Assembly (NCBI GenBank): GCA_016290295.1
Contig: JAEETJ010000009.1
Location: 27,794 to 91,793 of the forward strand
DNA from: Bacteroidales bacterium
GTDB taxonomy: Bacteria > Bacteroidota > Bacteroidia > Bacteroidales > WCHB1-69
Direction: 5' to 3'
DNA: 64,000 nt
This document shows positions 25,201-32,976 of this stretch, piece after piece. Every line of letters begins with the position of its first letter. Positions within the stretch are counted from its first letter, which is position 1. Under the pieces are notes generated by a model. It was not told where the DNA came from, ran no database searches, and worked only from the letters and a program-made list of their open reading frames with translations. The translations under genes and the position numbers were made by a program.

Positions 25201-26444
25201 TCGAAAATGCCATCTTCACCATTCAGATATACTGGAATGAAGAAAACCTTGACTTTCTGATCTGGTGCGTTATGCAAATTGTTGGCTATCAAATTTTTGA
25301 CAACGGGGTCGTTGTAGCTGTCGTAGAGTGGGTGAGTGGTGAAATCATCCATGACGGGCTTGTCGCCGATGGGCTGGTTGAGTTTCGTCATCAGGTCGGT
25401 GCGCTTGCCGCTGGTGCCGGCGGGTACGGCGATGAAAGCCACCACCTCACGTTGCAGTTGCTTGTCCTCATTCAATTTGGCCAAGCCCTTGATGAACATG
25501 TCGATACCCTTGTTGTGAAACTCGTAGCGGCCGCTGTTGATGACCAGCAGGGCGTCGTCGCTGATGGTTTGCTGACACAGGGTAGAGGCCACTTTTAGCA
25601 GTTTCTGGCGGGCAGCGGAGCGCAAACGTTGGTACTCCTCATCTTGCGGCACGAAGTTGTTCTCGAAACCGTTGATGGTGACGGTATCCACGGGCTTGCC
25701 CAAGAATGCCTTGCATTCGATATTGGTGATGTCGCTCACTGTCGTGAAAGCGTCAGCGGTTTGGGCGGACAGGTATTCCAGTGAGAACTTGGACTGCACG
25801 CCAAAGCGGTTAGCGGACTCTTGCGGTTGGTATTGCTCGATATTGCCATAGAGGGGTAGTCCGTTGCCGGCGATGCAGCGACCCAAAACGGTGGCGTGGG
25901 TGGTGAACACGGTGGCCACTTGCGGGGCTTTCTGGCGCAGGTACAGGATGCCGGTGCCGGTCATCCATTCGTGGAACTGGGCCACGATTTTGTCCATGGA
26001 GGTGCAGTAGAACTGATAGAAGCTTTCGACGACTCTTCCGGCAGCATAGCCGAAGAGGGCGGGCTCGATATAGTCCCATTGTCCAGAGATGGAGTCCAGT
26101 TTATAGGTAAGCCATAATTGTGTCAGAATATCATTTTTCTTTTCAAAATAGGGCGTAAAATCCACTAATATGACTACGGGGTGACCGCTGACATTCCACC
26201 GGCCCACACGTATGCGGAGACCTTCCGCCTGGGCACTTTCGCGCCAGTTTTTGAATAAGCCGGGGTCCTCGATGAACTCCTGTCTTTTGTCATCCTCGCG
26301 CGACAGGTCGGGGCCGATGCAGATATAGTTGTTTTGGAATTGATTAACGGCTGTGAATGCTTTGGTGGAGAGAACGGTGTAAATACCACCGACTTTATTA
26401 CAAATCTCCCAGCTGGTTTCAAATAGATAGTCAGGTTTGCTCAT
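22218..26444 (-). CDS. Fused glycogen synthase (GT3-like) / alpha-glucan phosphorylase (GT35-like), about 1408 aa
   Basis: The N-terminal half reads SKPDYLFETSWEICNKVGGIYTVLSTKA..., a eukaryote-type glycogen synthase. The C-terminal half reads VAYFSMEFG...FSGGLGMLAGDYLKEASD...ARRFATYKRAHL...EASGTSGEKAIMNG, an alpha-glucan phosphorylase. It is one uninterrupted frame. I prefer the start at ATG 26444, 29 nt downstream of a -7 box. Confidence 0.8.
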   Translation of the reverse strand: MSKPDYLFETSWEICNKVGGIYTVLSTKAFTAVNQFQNNYICIGPDLSREDDKRQEFIEDPGLFKNWRESAQAEGLRIRVGRWNVSGHPVVILVDFTPYFEKKNDILTQLWLTYKLDSISGQWDYIEPALFGYAAGRVVESFYQFYCTSMDKIVAQFHEWMTGTGILYLRQKAPQVATVFTTHATVLGRCIAGNGLPLYGNIEQYQPQESANRFGVQSKFSLEYLSAQTADAFTTVSDITNIECKAFLGKPVDTVTINGFENNFVPQDEEYQRLRSAARQKLLKVASTLCQQTISDDALLVINSGRYEFHNKGIDMFIKGLAKLNEDKQLQREVVAFIAVPAGTSGKRTDLMTKLNQPIGDKPVMDDFTTHPLYDSYNDPVVKNLIANNLHNAPDQKVKVFFIPVYLNGEDGIFDMTYYEMLPGIDLSVFPSYYEPWGYTPLESVAFGIPTITTTNAGFGQWAAANFPGQKAVTVIHRTDNNDEQVTDGIAKAILYHTACNNEETEQNRAKATEIAQQALWENLYNNYLDCYNIALSKSFDRSDLYRNKTSKVGLLVEKFQKPEPVWHHISVKSKLPEQLKKLEKLSQNLWWSWNYEARELFEEAAGKERWQQYEENPVYLLQELPYSCIEKLMNDSDYLAKLDFVYADFERYMNEPRTRQEEQVAYFSMEFGISNELKIFSGGLGMLAGDYLKEASDCNVNMVGIGLLYRYGYFTQQISSIGDQINLYPPQSFSKLPIQPYKDEDGKWITISLALPGRMLYARIWRVDVGRVPLFLLDTDFNDNTEEDRRTTNSLYGGDVENRLKQEILLGIGGMRVLEKLNIRPTIFHLNEGHAAFLNLERLRTFMQEEQIPFGTAIELVRCSSLFTTHTPVPAGHDSFSEDLMRRYFSYYAEKCNIDWPAFMCLGRKNIDDIYSKFSMSILACKLSQEVNGVSAIHGRVSREMFSFLYEGHLPEELHIGHVTNGVHYPTWAHKKWQLFHKQLFNNQFIKDQSNDQIWKKIYEVDDAEIWKIKDDLREELIDNIKVSLETQMRRRNESPDLIMNTLKAIRKDALTIGFARRFATYKRAHLLFTNEERLRRLLNNPEQPVQFVFAGKAHPHDKAGQDLIKRILEFSRKPDFIGKIIILENYDIILAKKLISGCDVWLNTPTRPLEASGTSGEKAIMNGVLNFSVLDGWWAEGYKEGAGWAINEQITYTDNGLQDQLDATTIYSMIEDQIAPCFYRRDEKNIPYDWVKMMKNCFYKISPHFTMKRQLDDYYEKYYHKLEKQHKLLTDNNLENTFNLVRWKEKVITGWDGIEVIEATQSEPREASFTLGDKIVTTVRLRMGSLHAEDLKVELVCSKLENDKRVFYQKVPFECTDNQHGIATFTCTIEPKDAGMMDYSIRIIPANPMLPHDMDFNLVKWL

Positions 26445-26472
26445 TATATATAGTATAGGTAAATTAAAACGG

Positions 26473-26480
26473 CAAAAATA
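26473..26480 (-). promoter_or_regulatory. Bacteroidota -7 box
   Basis: Reverse complement TATTTTTG, 29 nt upstream of ATG 26444. Confidence 0.45.
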
Positions 26481-26568
26481 CAAAATTTTTTAATGTGCTA
26501 ATGAGACAATTTAATTAGCACATTGGTTAAACAGTGAATTAGTAAATGGTTTTGATGTGCCAATTAAA

Positions 26569-26603
26569 AATTGTCAATTATCAATTGTTAATTGTTAACT
26601 GCA
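26569..26603. repeat. 7-bp array AATTGTC, AATTATC, AATTGTT x2, AACTGCA; overlaps the yggS stop and last codons
   Basis: Read directly. Confidence 0.8.
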
Positions 26604-27265
26604 TAGTTTCTCGCCCCAAAAATCGCACTGCCCACGCGGATCAGCGTGCTGCCTTCCTCAATGGCGATGGGGTAGTCCTCGCTCATGCCCATCGACAATT
26701 CCTTGAAGTCGGGATTGTTGCTGAAATATTTGGTTTTCAGTAGATTGAAGTATTCGTGCAGGGTGTGGAACTCGCGGTGGATTTGCTCTTGGTTATCGGT
26801 CAAGCTGGCCATGCCCATCACGCCACAAATTTTGATGTTTTGCAAATCGGCGAAGCCGGGGTCGTTGAGCATGGCCTCGCATTCGTCCAGCAGAAAGCCG
26901 AACTTGGTCTCTTCCTGTGCGATGTGGAATTGCAGGAGGCAGTTCAGTACCCGTTCATGCTTGATGGCGTGTTTGTTCACTTCCTTCAGCAGCTCGTAGC
27001 TGTCAATGCTGTGAATCAGGCTGACAAAAGGTGCGATATATTTGATTTTGTTGGTTTGCAGGTGACCGATGAGATGCCATTCAATATCTTTGGGCAGGTG
27101 CTCGTATTTGCCTTTCAGCTCTTGTGCCTTGTTCTCCCCGAAAATCCGTTGTCCCTCGTTGTACAGGGTCATGATGTCCTCTTCGGGCTTGGTCTTGGAG
27201 ACCGCCACCAGTCGCACGCCTTCCGGCAGGTTATCTTTGATGTTGTGATATGCTTGTAAGTTCAT
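26588..27265 (-). CDS. yggS: YggS-family pyridoxal-phosphate homeostasis protein
   Basis: RLVAVSKTKP, IGHLQTNK, GLMGMA-type motif (VMGMAS) and ELSMGMSEDY. Confidence 0.88.
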   Translation of the reverse strand: MNLQAYHNIKDNLPEGVRLVAVSKTKPEEDIMTLYNEGQRIFGENKAQELKGKYEHLPKDIEWHLIGHLQTNKIKYIAPFVSLIHSIDSYELLKEVNKHAIKHERVLNCLLQFHIAQEETKFGFLLDECEAMLNDPGFADLQNIKICGVMGMASLTDNQEQIHREFHTLHEYFNLLKTKYFSNNPDFKELSMGMSEDYPIAIEEGSTLIRVGSAIFGARNYAVNN

Positions 27266-27268
27266 TTT

Positions 27269-27298
27269 AGGTTACAGGTTACAGGTTACAGGGGTCAG
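27269..27298. repeat. 7-bp array AGGTTAC x3 plus AGGGGTC, filling the yggS / four-helix-bundle gene gap
   Basis: Read directly. It is inverted relative to the array at 27702..27757. Confidence 0.85.
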
Positions 27299-27302
27299 AT
27301 TA

Positions 27303-27677
27303 TTAATTTGACGTGTTAGAGTTTAATTTTTTTGTTATTGTCATTATTATTTTTCCAATTTCAGATAAAAGATTCATTATAGGCTGTATTTCTGCCTCAG
27401 ACAAATAGTTGATGTTGACGCATAGTATCAATTGTGTCTCCAATTCACATACAGAACCATTGGCAATATATAAGAATTGAAGATATTCTTTCTTTGAATT
27501 TCTACCAAAACCTTCGGCAATGTTAGAGGGAATGGATATTGCGGCTCTTCGCATCTGGTCACTCAGGGTGTAGGTTTCCTCTTTTGGTAATTTTTTGATT
27601 ATTTTGTATAGAAATGTGGTCATCTTCATTGCCTTTTGCCAAACAATCAAATCCTTGTATGTATTAACTTTTATCAT
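27303..27677 (-). CDS. Four-helix-bundle protein (23S rRNA intervening-sequence protein / Avd-like family)
   Basis: LIVWQKAMKM...LPKEETYTLSDQMRRAAISIPSNIAEGFGR.SKKEYLQFLYIANGSVCELETQL. Confidence 0.88.
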   Translation of the reverse strand: MIKVNTYKDLIVWQKAMKMTTFLYKIIKKLPKEETYTLSDQMRRAAISIPSNIAEGFGRNSKKEYLQFLYIANGSVCELETQLILCVNINYLSEAEIQPIMNLLSEIGKIIMTITKKLNSNTSN

Positions 27678-27701
27678 TAAGTATAAATCTTAAATTACTA
27701 A

Positions 27702-27757
27702 TTTCTGAAACCTGTTCCCTGAAACCTATTTTCTGTCACCTGTCACCTGTAACCTGA
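27702..27757. repeat. 7-bp array of NNNCTGW units (…TTTCTGT CACCTGT CACCTGT AACCTGA); inverted partner of 27269..27298
   Basis: The reverse complement GGTCAGGTTACAGGTGACAGGTGACAG matches the left array at 19 of 22 positions in the best register. It encodes RLQVTGDRK and the stop of the metallophosphoesterase. Confidence 0.8.
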
Positions 27758-28562
27758 CCACTCCAATCCTCTGTCCCTTCTTCCCCGTCTGCAAGATATA
27801 GGTTCCATTGACGATTTTAGGCTCTTTCAGTACGGTGTGTGTATGGCCGCCCACGATAACATCAATACCTTTCACCTGACTGGCCAACATCATGTCATCG
27901 GGATTATCCTCGGTTCCGCAATCTAAACCTAAATGGGACAGGCAGATAACATAGTCGCATTTTTCCGTTTCACGGAGTTCTTTCACCATGCAGTCGGCCA
28001 CGTCAATGGCGTTGAGATATTTGATGTCTTTGTAATTTTGGGGCGAAGTCAGTGCTTTGATGTCGGTGAGCAAACCAAAAATGCCAATTCGTTTGCCATC
28101 CATTTCAATGATGACATATTTTTTGACAATATTCTTCAGCTTTTTATTGAAAAACAAATAGTTGGCGCAGACAATGGGAAATTTGGCCTTGGCCAACTGC
28201 TTGGCTAACATTTTGCTACCATTGTCAAATTCGTGATTGCCTAATGCGGCTGCTTGATAGCCCAGCAGATTCATGAATTTGATTTCAGTGGCACCTTTGA
28301 AGAAGTTGAAATAGGGTGTGCCCTGAAAATAATCTCCCGCATCCAACAGAAGCACATTCTTGTTTTCTTGTCGCACCTGGTCGATGATGGCGGCACGACC
28401 ATAAATGCCCCCTACCATAGAGCCGTCTTTGTCTTGCAGGGGCTCGATTTGACTGTGGGTATCATTGGTATGCAAAATCACAAGAGGCGTTTGTGCCGAC
28501 ACCTGGAATGCCACAAGTGCCCATATCAAGCATAGCGTGAAAAGTGCGAGTGTCTTTTTCAT
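27726..28562 (-). CDS. Metallophosphoesterase, 5'-nucleotidase N-terminal-type
   Basis: Signal peptide. ILHTNDTHS, LLLDAGDYFQGTPYFN, LGNHEFDNG and GGHTH motifs. Confidence 0.8.
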   Translation of the reverse strand: MKKTLALFTLCLIWALVAFQVSAQTPLVILHTNDTHSQIEPLQDKDGSMVGGIYGRAAIIDQVRQENKNVLLLDAGDYFQGTPYFNFFKGATEIKFMNLLGYQAAALGNHEFDNGSKMLAKQLAKAKFPIVCANYLFFNKKLKNIVKKYVIIEMDGKRIGIFGLLTDIKALTSPQNYKDIKYLNAIDVADCMVKELRETEKCDYVICLSHLGLDCGTEDNPDDMMLASQVKGIDVIVGGHTHTVLKEPKIVNGTYILQTGKKGQRIGVVRLQVTGDRK

Positions 28563-28564
28563 GA

Positions 28565-29335
28565 TTATCTGGGTTGAGGAATAATGCTCATTCGATTGTC
28601 GTTTTTGCCGGTGACATTTTTGCCTTCAGCGGTCATCTTCTTGATGTGGTTGATGTAGGCGTCGCGTAGCACAATACCTGTATTTTCGACATGGCTGATT
28701 TCAATGTCTTTGAGTATGTCGTCACCACCAGTCACAATGAAATCCAGGGTGATCATACGGTAAATTTTGTTATTGTCGATTTCTTGGCCGTTAATGAGTG
28801 CCTTGTAGAAATAGTCGCCGGCATATTGTATGCTCACTTGCTGTGAATAAGGCTCGCATTTTTTTACTTTGAAGCGTTGGAAGATCTTCCTGACTTCGCT
28901 GCCTTTGATGTCGGCGATGACCAGGTTGTTCTCGAAGGGGGCAATCTCAAAGATGTTGCCAATAGTGATGTTTCCTGCCTGGAGCGAAGAGCGGATGCCG
29001 CCGAAGTTCAACAGTGAGAAATCCACGGCTTCTTTGTGTTTTTTCTGGCAGTACTCGTTACCAATTTCCACGAGAATGTCGGTCAGGAAGTTGGAAAGCG
29101 GGCTCTGGGGCCTCTCGCTTACCATGGTTTCGGGACAGTAGCCGATGACCACATTGGTTTTCTTTTCCAATTTTTTCTTTGATTTTTTCAATTCTTTCTG
29201 CAACTGGGGATTTTTGTATGTGCTGCAGTTGCCGTTGACGTTTTTCAGTTCATAGCCAACGACCTTGCTTTGCGCCGGGCAGAGCAAGGTCGTCATGCTG
29301 ATGATCAGTATGAATGATAATATTTTACGCATCAT
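28565..29335 (-). CDS. 5'-nucleotidase C-terminal-domain protein
   Basis: Signal peptide. SPLSNFLTDIL...LLNFGGIRSSL...GNIFEIAPFEN. The gene starts 3 nt before the partner metallophosphoesterase gene. Confidence 0.7.
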   Translation of the reverse strand: MMRKILSFILIISMTTLLCPAQSKVVGYELKNVNGNCSTYKNPQLQKELKKSKKKLEKKTNVVIGYCPETMVSERPQSPLSNFLTDILVEIGNEYCQKKHKEAVDFSLLNFGGIRSSLQAGNITIGNIFEIAPFENNLVIADIKGSEVRKIFQRFKVKKCEPYSQQVSIQYAGDYFYKALINGQEIDNNKIYRMITLDFIVTGGDDILKDIEISHVENTGIVLRDAYINHIKKMTAEGKNVTGKNDNRMSIIPQPR

Positions 29336-29341
29336 TACTGA

Positions 29342-30322
29342 TTATTTTTTTTCGTTTTTGTTGGGGTTGGCGGGTTTGACAATGTTTTCACGCATTTGTG
29401 TGTCTGCCTTGATGTTTTGCAGACGGTAGTAATCCATCACGCCTAAATTTCCATTTCTGAATGCGTCGGCGAGGGCGAGAGGCACTTCAGCTTCTGCCAA
29501 AATTACCTTGGCGCGGGCATCCTGGGCTTTGGCTTTGTTTTCTTGCTCCAAGGCCACAGCCATAGCACGGCGTTCCTCGGCCTTGGCTTGTGCGATGTTC
29601 TTGTCGGCATTGGCCTGGTCCATCTGCAGGATAGCACCGATGTTCTTACCTACATCGATATCAGCGATATCAATAGACAAGATCTCAAAAGCGGTACCTG
29701 AGTCCAAACCTTTGGATAACACTACTTTGGAGATGGAGTCGGGGTTCTCAAGCACTTCCTTGTGGTTGTCGGCGGAGCCGATGGCGGTAACAATACCTTC
29801 ACCTACACGGGCGATGATGGTCTCTTCGCCGGCACCACCCACTAACTGCTTGATGTTGGTACGTACGGTCACTCTTGCTTTGGCAATCAGCTGGATACCA
29901 TTCTTGGCCACGGCTGCCACAGGAGGAGTGTTGATGACTTTCGGGTTGACGGAAGTCTGGATAGCTTCCAGGATGTTACGTCCTGCCAAGTCGATGGCGG
30001 TAGCGGCTTTGAAATCCAGTGGAATGTTGGCTTTTTCAGCTGAAATTAGGGCGTTGACCACAGGAGTGATATGTCCACCTGCCAAATAGTGGGCCTCCAA
30101 TTGGTCGCGGTTCAGCTTGATACCTGCCTTGGTGCCGGTAATCAGTGCGTTAACGATGGTTCCAGGTGGGACTTTTCTCCAGCGCATCAGGATTAATTGG
30201 ACTAATGACACGTGTACGCCGTTGACTAAAGCGGTGAACCACAAGCGGATAGGTACCATCCACAAGAGGAAAATCAACAGGATGATACAGGCGATAATGA
30301 TAATAATGGTAAAGGGTTCCAT
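29342..30322 (-). CDS. floA: Flotillin-like protein FloA (UPF0365/YqfA family)
   Basis: N-terminal TM helix, [15 protein letters not shown]...[32 protein letters not shown] and an [14 protein letters not shown] tail. Confidence 0.85.
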   Translation of the reverse strand: MEPFTIIIIIACIILLIFLLWMVPIRLWFTALVNGVHVSLVQLILMRWRKVPPGTIVNALITGTKAGIKLNRDQLEAHYLAGGHITPVVNALISAEKANIPLDFKAATAIDLAGRNILEAIQTSVNPKVINTPPVAAVAKNGIQLIAKARVTVRTNIKQLVGGAGEETIIARVGEGIVTAIGSADNHKEVLENPDSISKVVLSKGLDSGTAFEILSIDIADIDVGKNIGAILQMDQANADKNIAQAKAEERRAMAVALEQENKAKAQDARAKVILAEAEVPLALADAFRNGNLGVMDYYRLQNIKADTQMRENIVKPANPNKNEKK

Positions 30323-30331
30323 GGTGAATAA

Positions 30332-30793
30332 TTATTTGAGTTTAACGGTTATTTTGTTGCCTTCTATTTTTAAAACAATGATTTCCTGATTTTCATCGAT
30401 GAATTCATGGGCGGAGAACACCTCGGCAATCTCTCCATCGAAATTGGCTTTGCCGCCAGGTGCCAATCGTGATACGGTTACACCTTCGCTGCCAACCTTG
30501 ATTTTGGCTTCATTCACTTCATTCATTTTGCTGTCTATCTGAGTATTAAGCATCAGCTTTTTCCATGTGCGTGAGCGTAGCATGAAATAGATACCAATGA
30601 GAATGCCGATAACGGTGACAATCAATGTGATATTGCCTGCCAGCACACCGTATTTGTAATAGGCTATGCCGATGCCTCCGGCGATGACCAAGGCACTGAC
30701 GATGCCGACGATACCTCCGGGAATAACCAGAAATTCCAGCACCAAACCAAGGATGCCAATGAGAATGAGGGTGATGATGACTGCCCAGTTCAT
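30332..30793 (-). CDS. NfeD-family membrane protein
   Basis: Three N-terminal TM helices plus a C-terminal OB-like segment GSEGVTVSRLAPGGKANFDGEIAEV. It lies directly upstream of floA. Confidence 0.75.
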   Translation of the reverse strand: MNWAVIITLILIGILGLVLEFLVIPGGIVGIVSALVIAGGIGIAYYKYGVLAGNITLIVTVIGILIGIYFMLRSRTWKKLMLNTQIDSKMNEVNEAKIKVGSEGVTVSRLAPGGKANFDGEIAEVFSAHEFIDENQEIIVLKIEGNKITVKLK

Positions 30794-30805
30794 AACGCTT
30801 GGTGT

Positions 30806-32095
30806 TTAGTTGACTTTGACAATGAAGTAGTTCTTCTTGCCCTTCTGAACCAGAATGTATTTGTCGTTCAGCAGCATGTCGCTATTGACGGTGCAGCTGT
30901 CATTGACTTTGTTTTTGTTGATGCTTACGCCGTTGTCTTTCAGCATGCGGCGAGTTTCACCTTTGGAGGGGAAGATATTGGTGTTGTCAGCCAAGAAATC
31001 CACAATGCCGACACCATTGGTGATAAGGTCACGGGGAACTTCTACTTGCGGAACGCCATCAAAAACAGCCAAAAACATTTTTTCGGACAGGTTGGCCAGT
31101 CCTTCGGCGGTACCTTTGCCGAACAAAATTTCGGAGGCACTGACAGCAGCATCATAGTCGGCCTGTGAGTGAACCCGAACTGTCAGGTCTTTTGCCAGAG
31201 CTTTCTGCAATATGCGCAAGTGTGGTGCGGCCTCGTGCTCTTTCTCCATGGCTTCAATTTCTTCTTTGCTGTACAGCGTGAAAATACGGATGTATTTCTT
31301 GCTGTCCTCGTCGCTGCAATTGAACCAGAACTGATAGAAGGTATAGGGAGAGGTCTTTTCGGGGTCGAGCCAGATGTTGCCTTTTTCCGTCTTGCCGAAT
31401 TTGCCACCGTCAGCTTTGGTGATAAGCGGGCAGGTGAGGGCGAAGGCCTCGCCATTGGTCTTGCGGCGGATCAGCTCGGTGCCGGTGGTGATATTGCCCC
31501 ACTGGTCGCTGCCACCCATCTGCAATTTGCAGTCATAGTGCTGGTTCAGGTACAGGAAGTCGTAGCCTTGTACCAGCTGATACGAGAATTCGGTGAAGGA
31601 CATGCCATCGCCTTCGCCGTTGAAGCGCTTCTTCACGGAATCCTTGGCCATCATGTAGTTGACAGTGATATGCTTGCCGATATCACGGATGAAATCCAAG
31701 AAGGAGAACTGGCTCATCCAGTCGTAGTTGTTGACAAGAATAGCAGCGTTGCCTCCTGTCTTGTTAAAGTCAAGGAATTTTTCCAGCTGTTTTCTGATAC
31801 AAGCTTGGTTGTGACGTAAAGTGTCGGCATCCAGCAGGTTACGCTCTTGTGATTTGCCGGAGGGGTCTCCAATCATGCCAGTGGCGCCGCCGAGCAGCAC
31901 GATGGGACGGTGACCACATTCCTGGAAATGCTTGAGCAGCATCACTCCCACAAGGTGACCGATATGCAGTGAATCCGCTGTCGGGTCAATGCCAACGTAA
32001 GCGGTAGTCATTTTTTTTGCTAATTGTTCTTCAGTGCCGGGCATCATGTCATGAATCATCCCGCGCCATTTCATCTCTTCAATAAAATTTCCCAT
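30806..32095 (-). CDS. tyrS: Tyrosine--tRNA ligase
   Basis: HIGH motif (SLHIGHLV), KFGKT (KMSKS-type) and a C-terminal S4-like domain. Confidence 0.95.
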   Translation of the reverse strand: MGNFIEEMKWRGMIHDMMPGTEEQLAKKMTTAYVGIDPTADSLHIGHLVGVMLLKHFQECGHRPIVLLGGATGMIGDPSGKSQERNLLDADTLRHNQACIRKQLEKFLDFNKTGGNAAILVNNYDWMSQFSFLDFIRDIGKHITVNYMMAKDSVKKRFNGEGDGMSFTEFSYQLVQGYDFLYLNQHYDCKLQMGGSDQWGNITTGTELIRRKTNGEAFALTCPLITKADGGKFGKTEKGNIWLDPEKTSPYTFYQFWFNCSDEDSKKYIRIFTLYSKEEIEAMEKEHEAAPHLRILQKALAKDLTVRVHSQADYDAAVSASEILFGKGTAEGLANLSEKMFLAVFDGVPQVEVPRDLITNGVGIVDFLADNTNIFPSKGETRRMLKDNGVSINKNKVNDSCTVNSDMLLNDKYILVQKGKKNYFIVKVN

Positions 32096-32120
32096 TTTCT
32101 ATTTTTTTTCAGTTTGTTTC

Positions 32121-32176
32121 AATAGTTAACTTTTAGAAGTTAATAGTTAATAGTTAATAGTTAATAGTTAATAGTT
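32121..32176. repeat. 7-bp array AATAGTT (1 unit, 2 degenerate units, then 5 perfect units)
   Basis: Read directly. It lies upstream of tyrS. Confidence 0.9.
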
Positions 32177-32239
32177 GCGGAGTGAATATTACTTTCAGTT
32201 TTCCGTTTTCTATACTGACCCCTGATCACTATATGAAAA

Positions 32240-32288
32240 ACTATCAACTATTAATTATTAATTGTCAATTGTCAATTGTCAATTGTCT
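32240..32288. repeat. 7-bp array ACTATCA ACTATTA ATTATTA ATTGTCA x3 ATTGTCT; its left part is the inverted complement of the AATAGTT array
   Basis: Read directly. It overlaps the stop and last 8 codons of the 32265..32684 gene. Confidence 0.85.
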
Positions 32289-32684
32289 CTCTCCCTCCTT
32301 CGCCTGTCTCAACGATACATACCACTTCCCGTCACGCTTCAGCACATTGGTGGATTCGTTGCCGGTCTTGCCATTGCACAGGTGGACGATGCATTTGCAT
32401 AGTGCGGTGGAGTCGGTGAGCTGCTTTACCGTGATTTCATCCAGGGTGATATGGTCACAACCTTCAAACTTTTCGGGAGGGAAGGCATGTTGGAAGAAAT
32501 TGATGACAGGCACGGATTCGGGAGTCACATATTTTTTTGCCTCATCAAAATGTCCGGTATATAAGCTCTCGGAGAATGCTTTGGTAATACTTTTCGGGGA
32601 ATGATACGGATTTTTTGCGGTGTCACAGGAAATCCCTGCCAGCAAAATAATCAGTCCAACGAAAAAAATATTCAATCTTTTCAT
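32265..32684 (-). CDS. Small hypothetical lipoprotein
   Basis: MKRLNIFFVGLIILLAGISC lipobox. The last 8 codons and the stop lie in the AATTGTC array. Confidence 0.55.
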   Translation of the reverse strand: MKRLNIFFVGLIILLAGISCDTAKNPYHSPKSITKAFSESLYTGHFDEAKKYVTPESVPVINFFQHAFPPEKFEGCDHITLDEITVKQLTDSTALCKCIVHLCNGKTGNESTNVLKRDGKWYVSLRQAKEGERQLTIDN

Positions 32685-32713
32685 GAGTTATATATTAATA
32701 GTGTTATAGCTTG

Positions 32714-32721
32714 CAAAAATA
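32714..32721 (-). promoter_or_regulatory. Bacteroidota -7 box
   Basis: Reverse complement TATTTTTG, 30 nt upstream of start 32684. Confidence 0.45.
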
Positions 32722-32938
32722 ATAATTTTTGTTGAATTGTGGAAGTGTCAGAAGGAGGTTTTTTAGTTTTTTTTGGTGCTTTAATCTTGCTGAATTGCTC
32801 TTTGAGGATACTGGGTTTCTGTTTTGTGAAGGTGCTGTTTGACTGAAATTTTAATCCGAATAACTCGGATTGTGTTAAAAAATCAAATTTAAATTAGTTG
32901 GATTGTATTATTTTGTGTAATCCGATTAATTTATTTTG

Positions 32939-32946
32939 TACTTTTG
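32939..32946 (+). promoter_or_regulatory. Bacteroidota -7 box
   Basis: TACTTTTG, 31 nt before ATG 32977. Confidence 0.45.
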
Positions 32947-32976
32947 CCGCTGGTAATTATAAAAATCAATTTCAAG

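Noticed and set aside
27303-27677. Possible diversity-generating retroelement, because the four-helix-bundle protein is Avd-like.
   Set aside because: There is no reverse transcriptase gene and no template/variable repeat pair anywhere nearby in the window.
29508-30089. 193-aa plus-strand ORF.
   Set aside because: It is antisense to floA, and its Ala/Ser-rich composition mirrors the A/E-rich FloA tail.
31169-31819. 216-aa plus-strand ORF.
   Set aside because: It is antisense to tyrS, which has unambiguous HIGH and KMSKS motifs.
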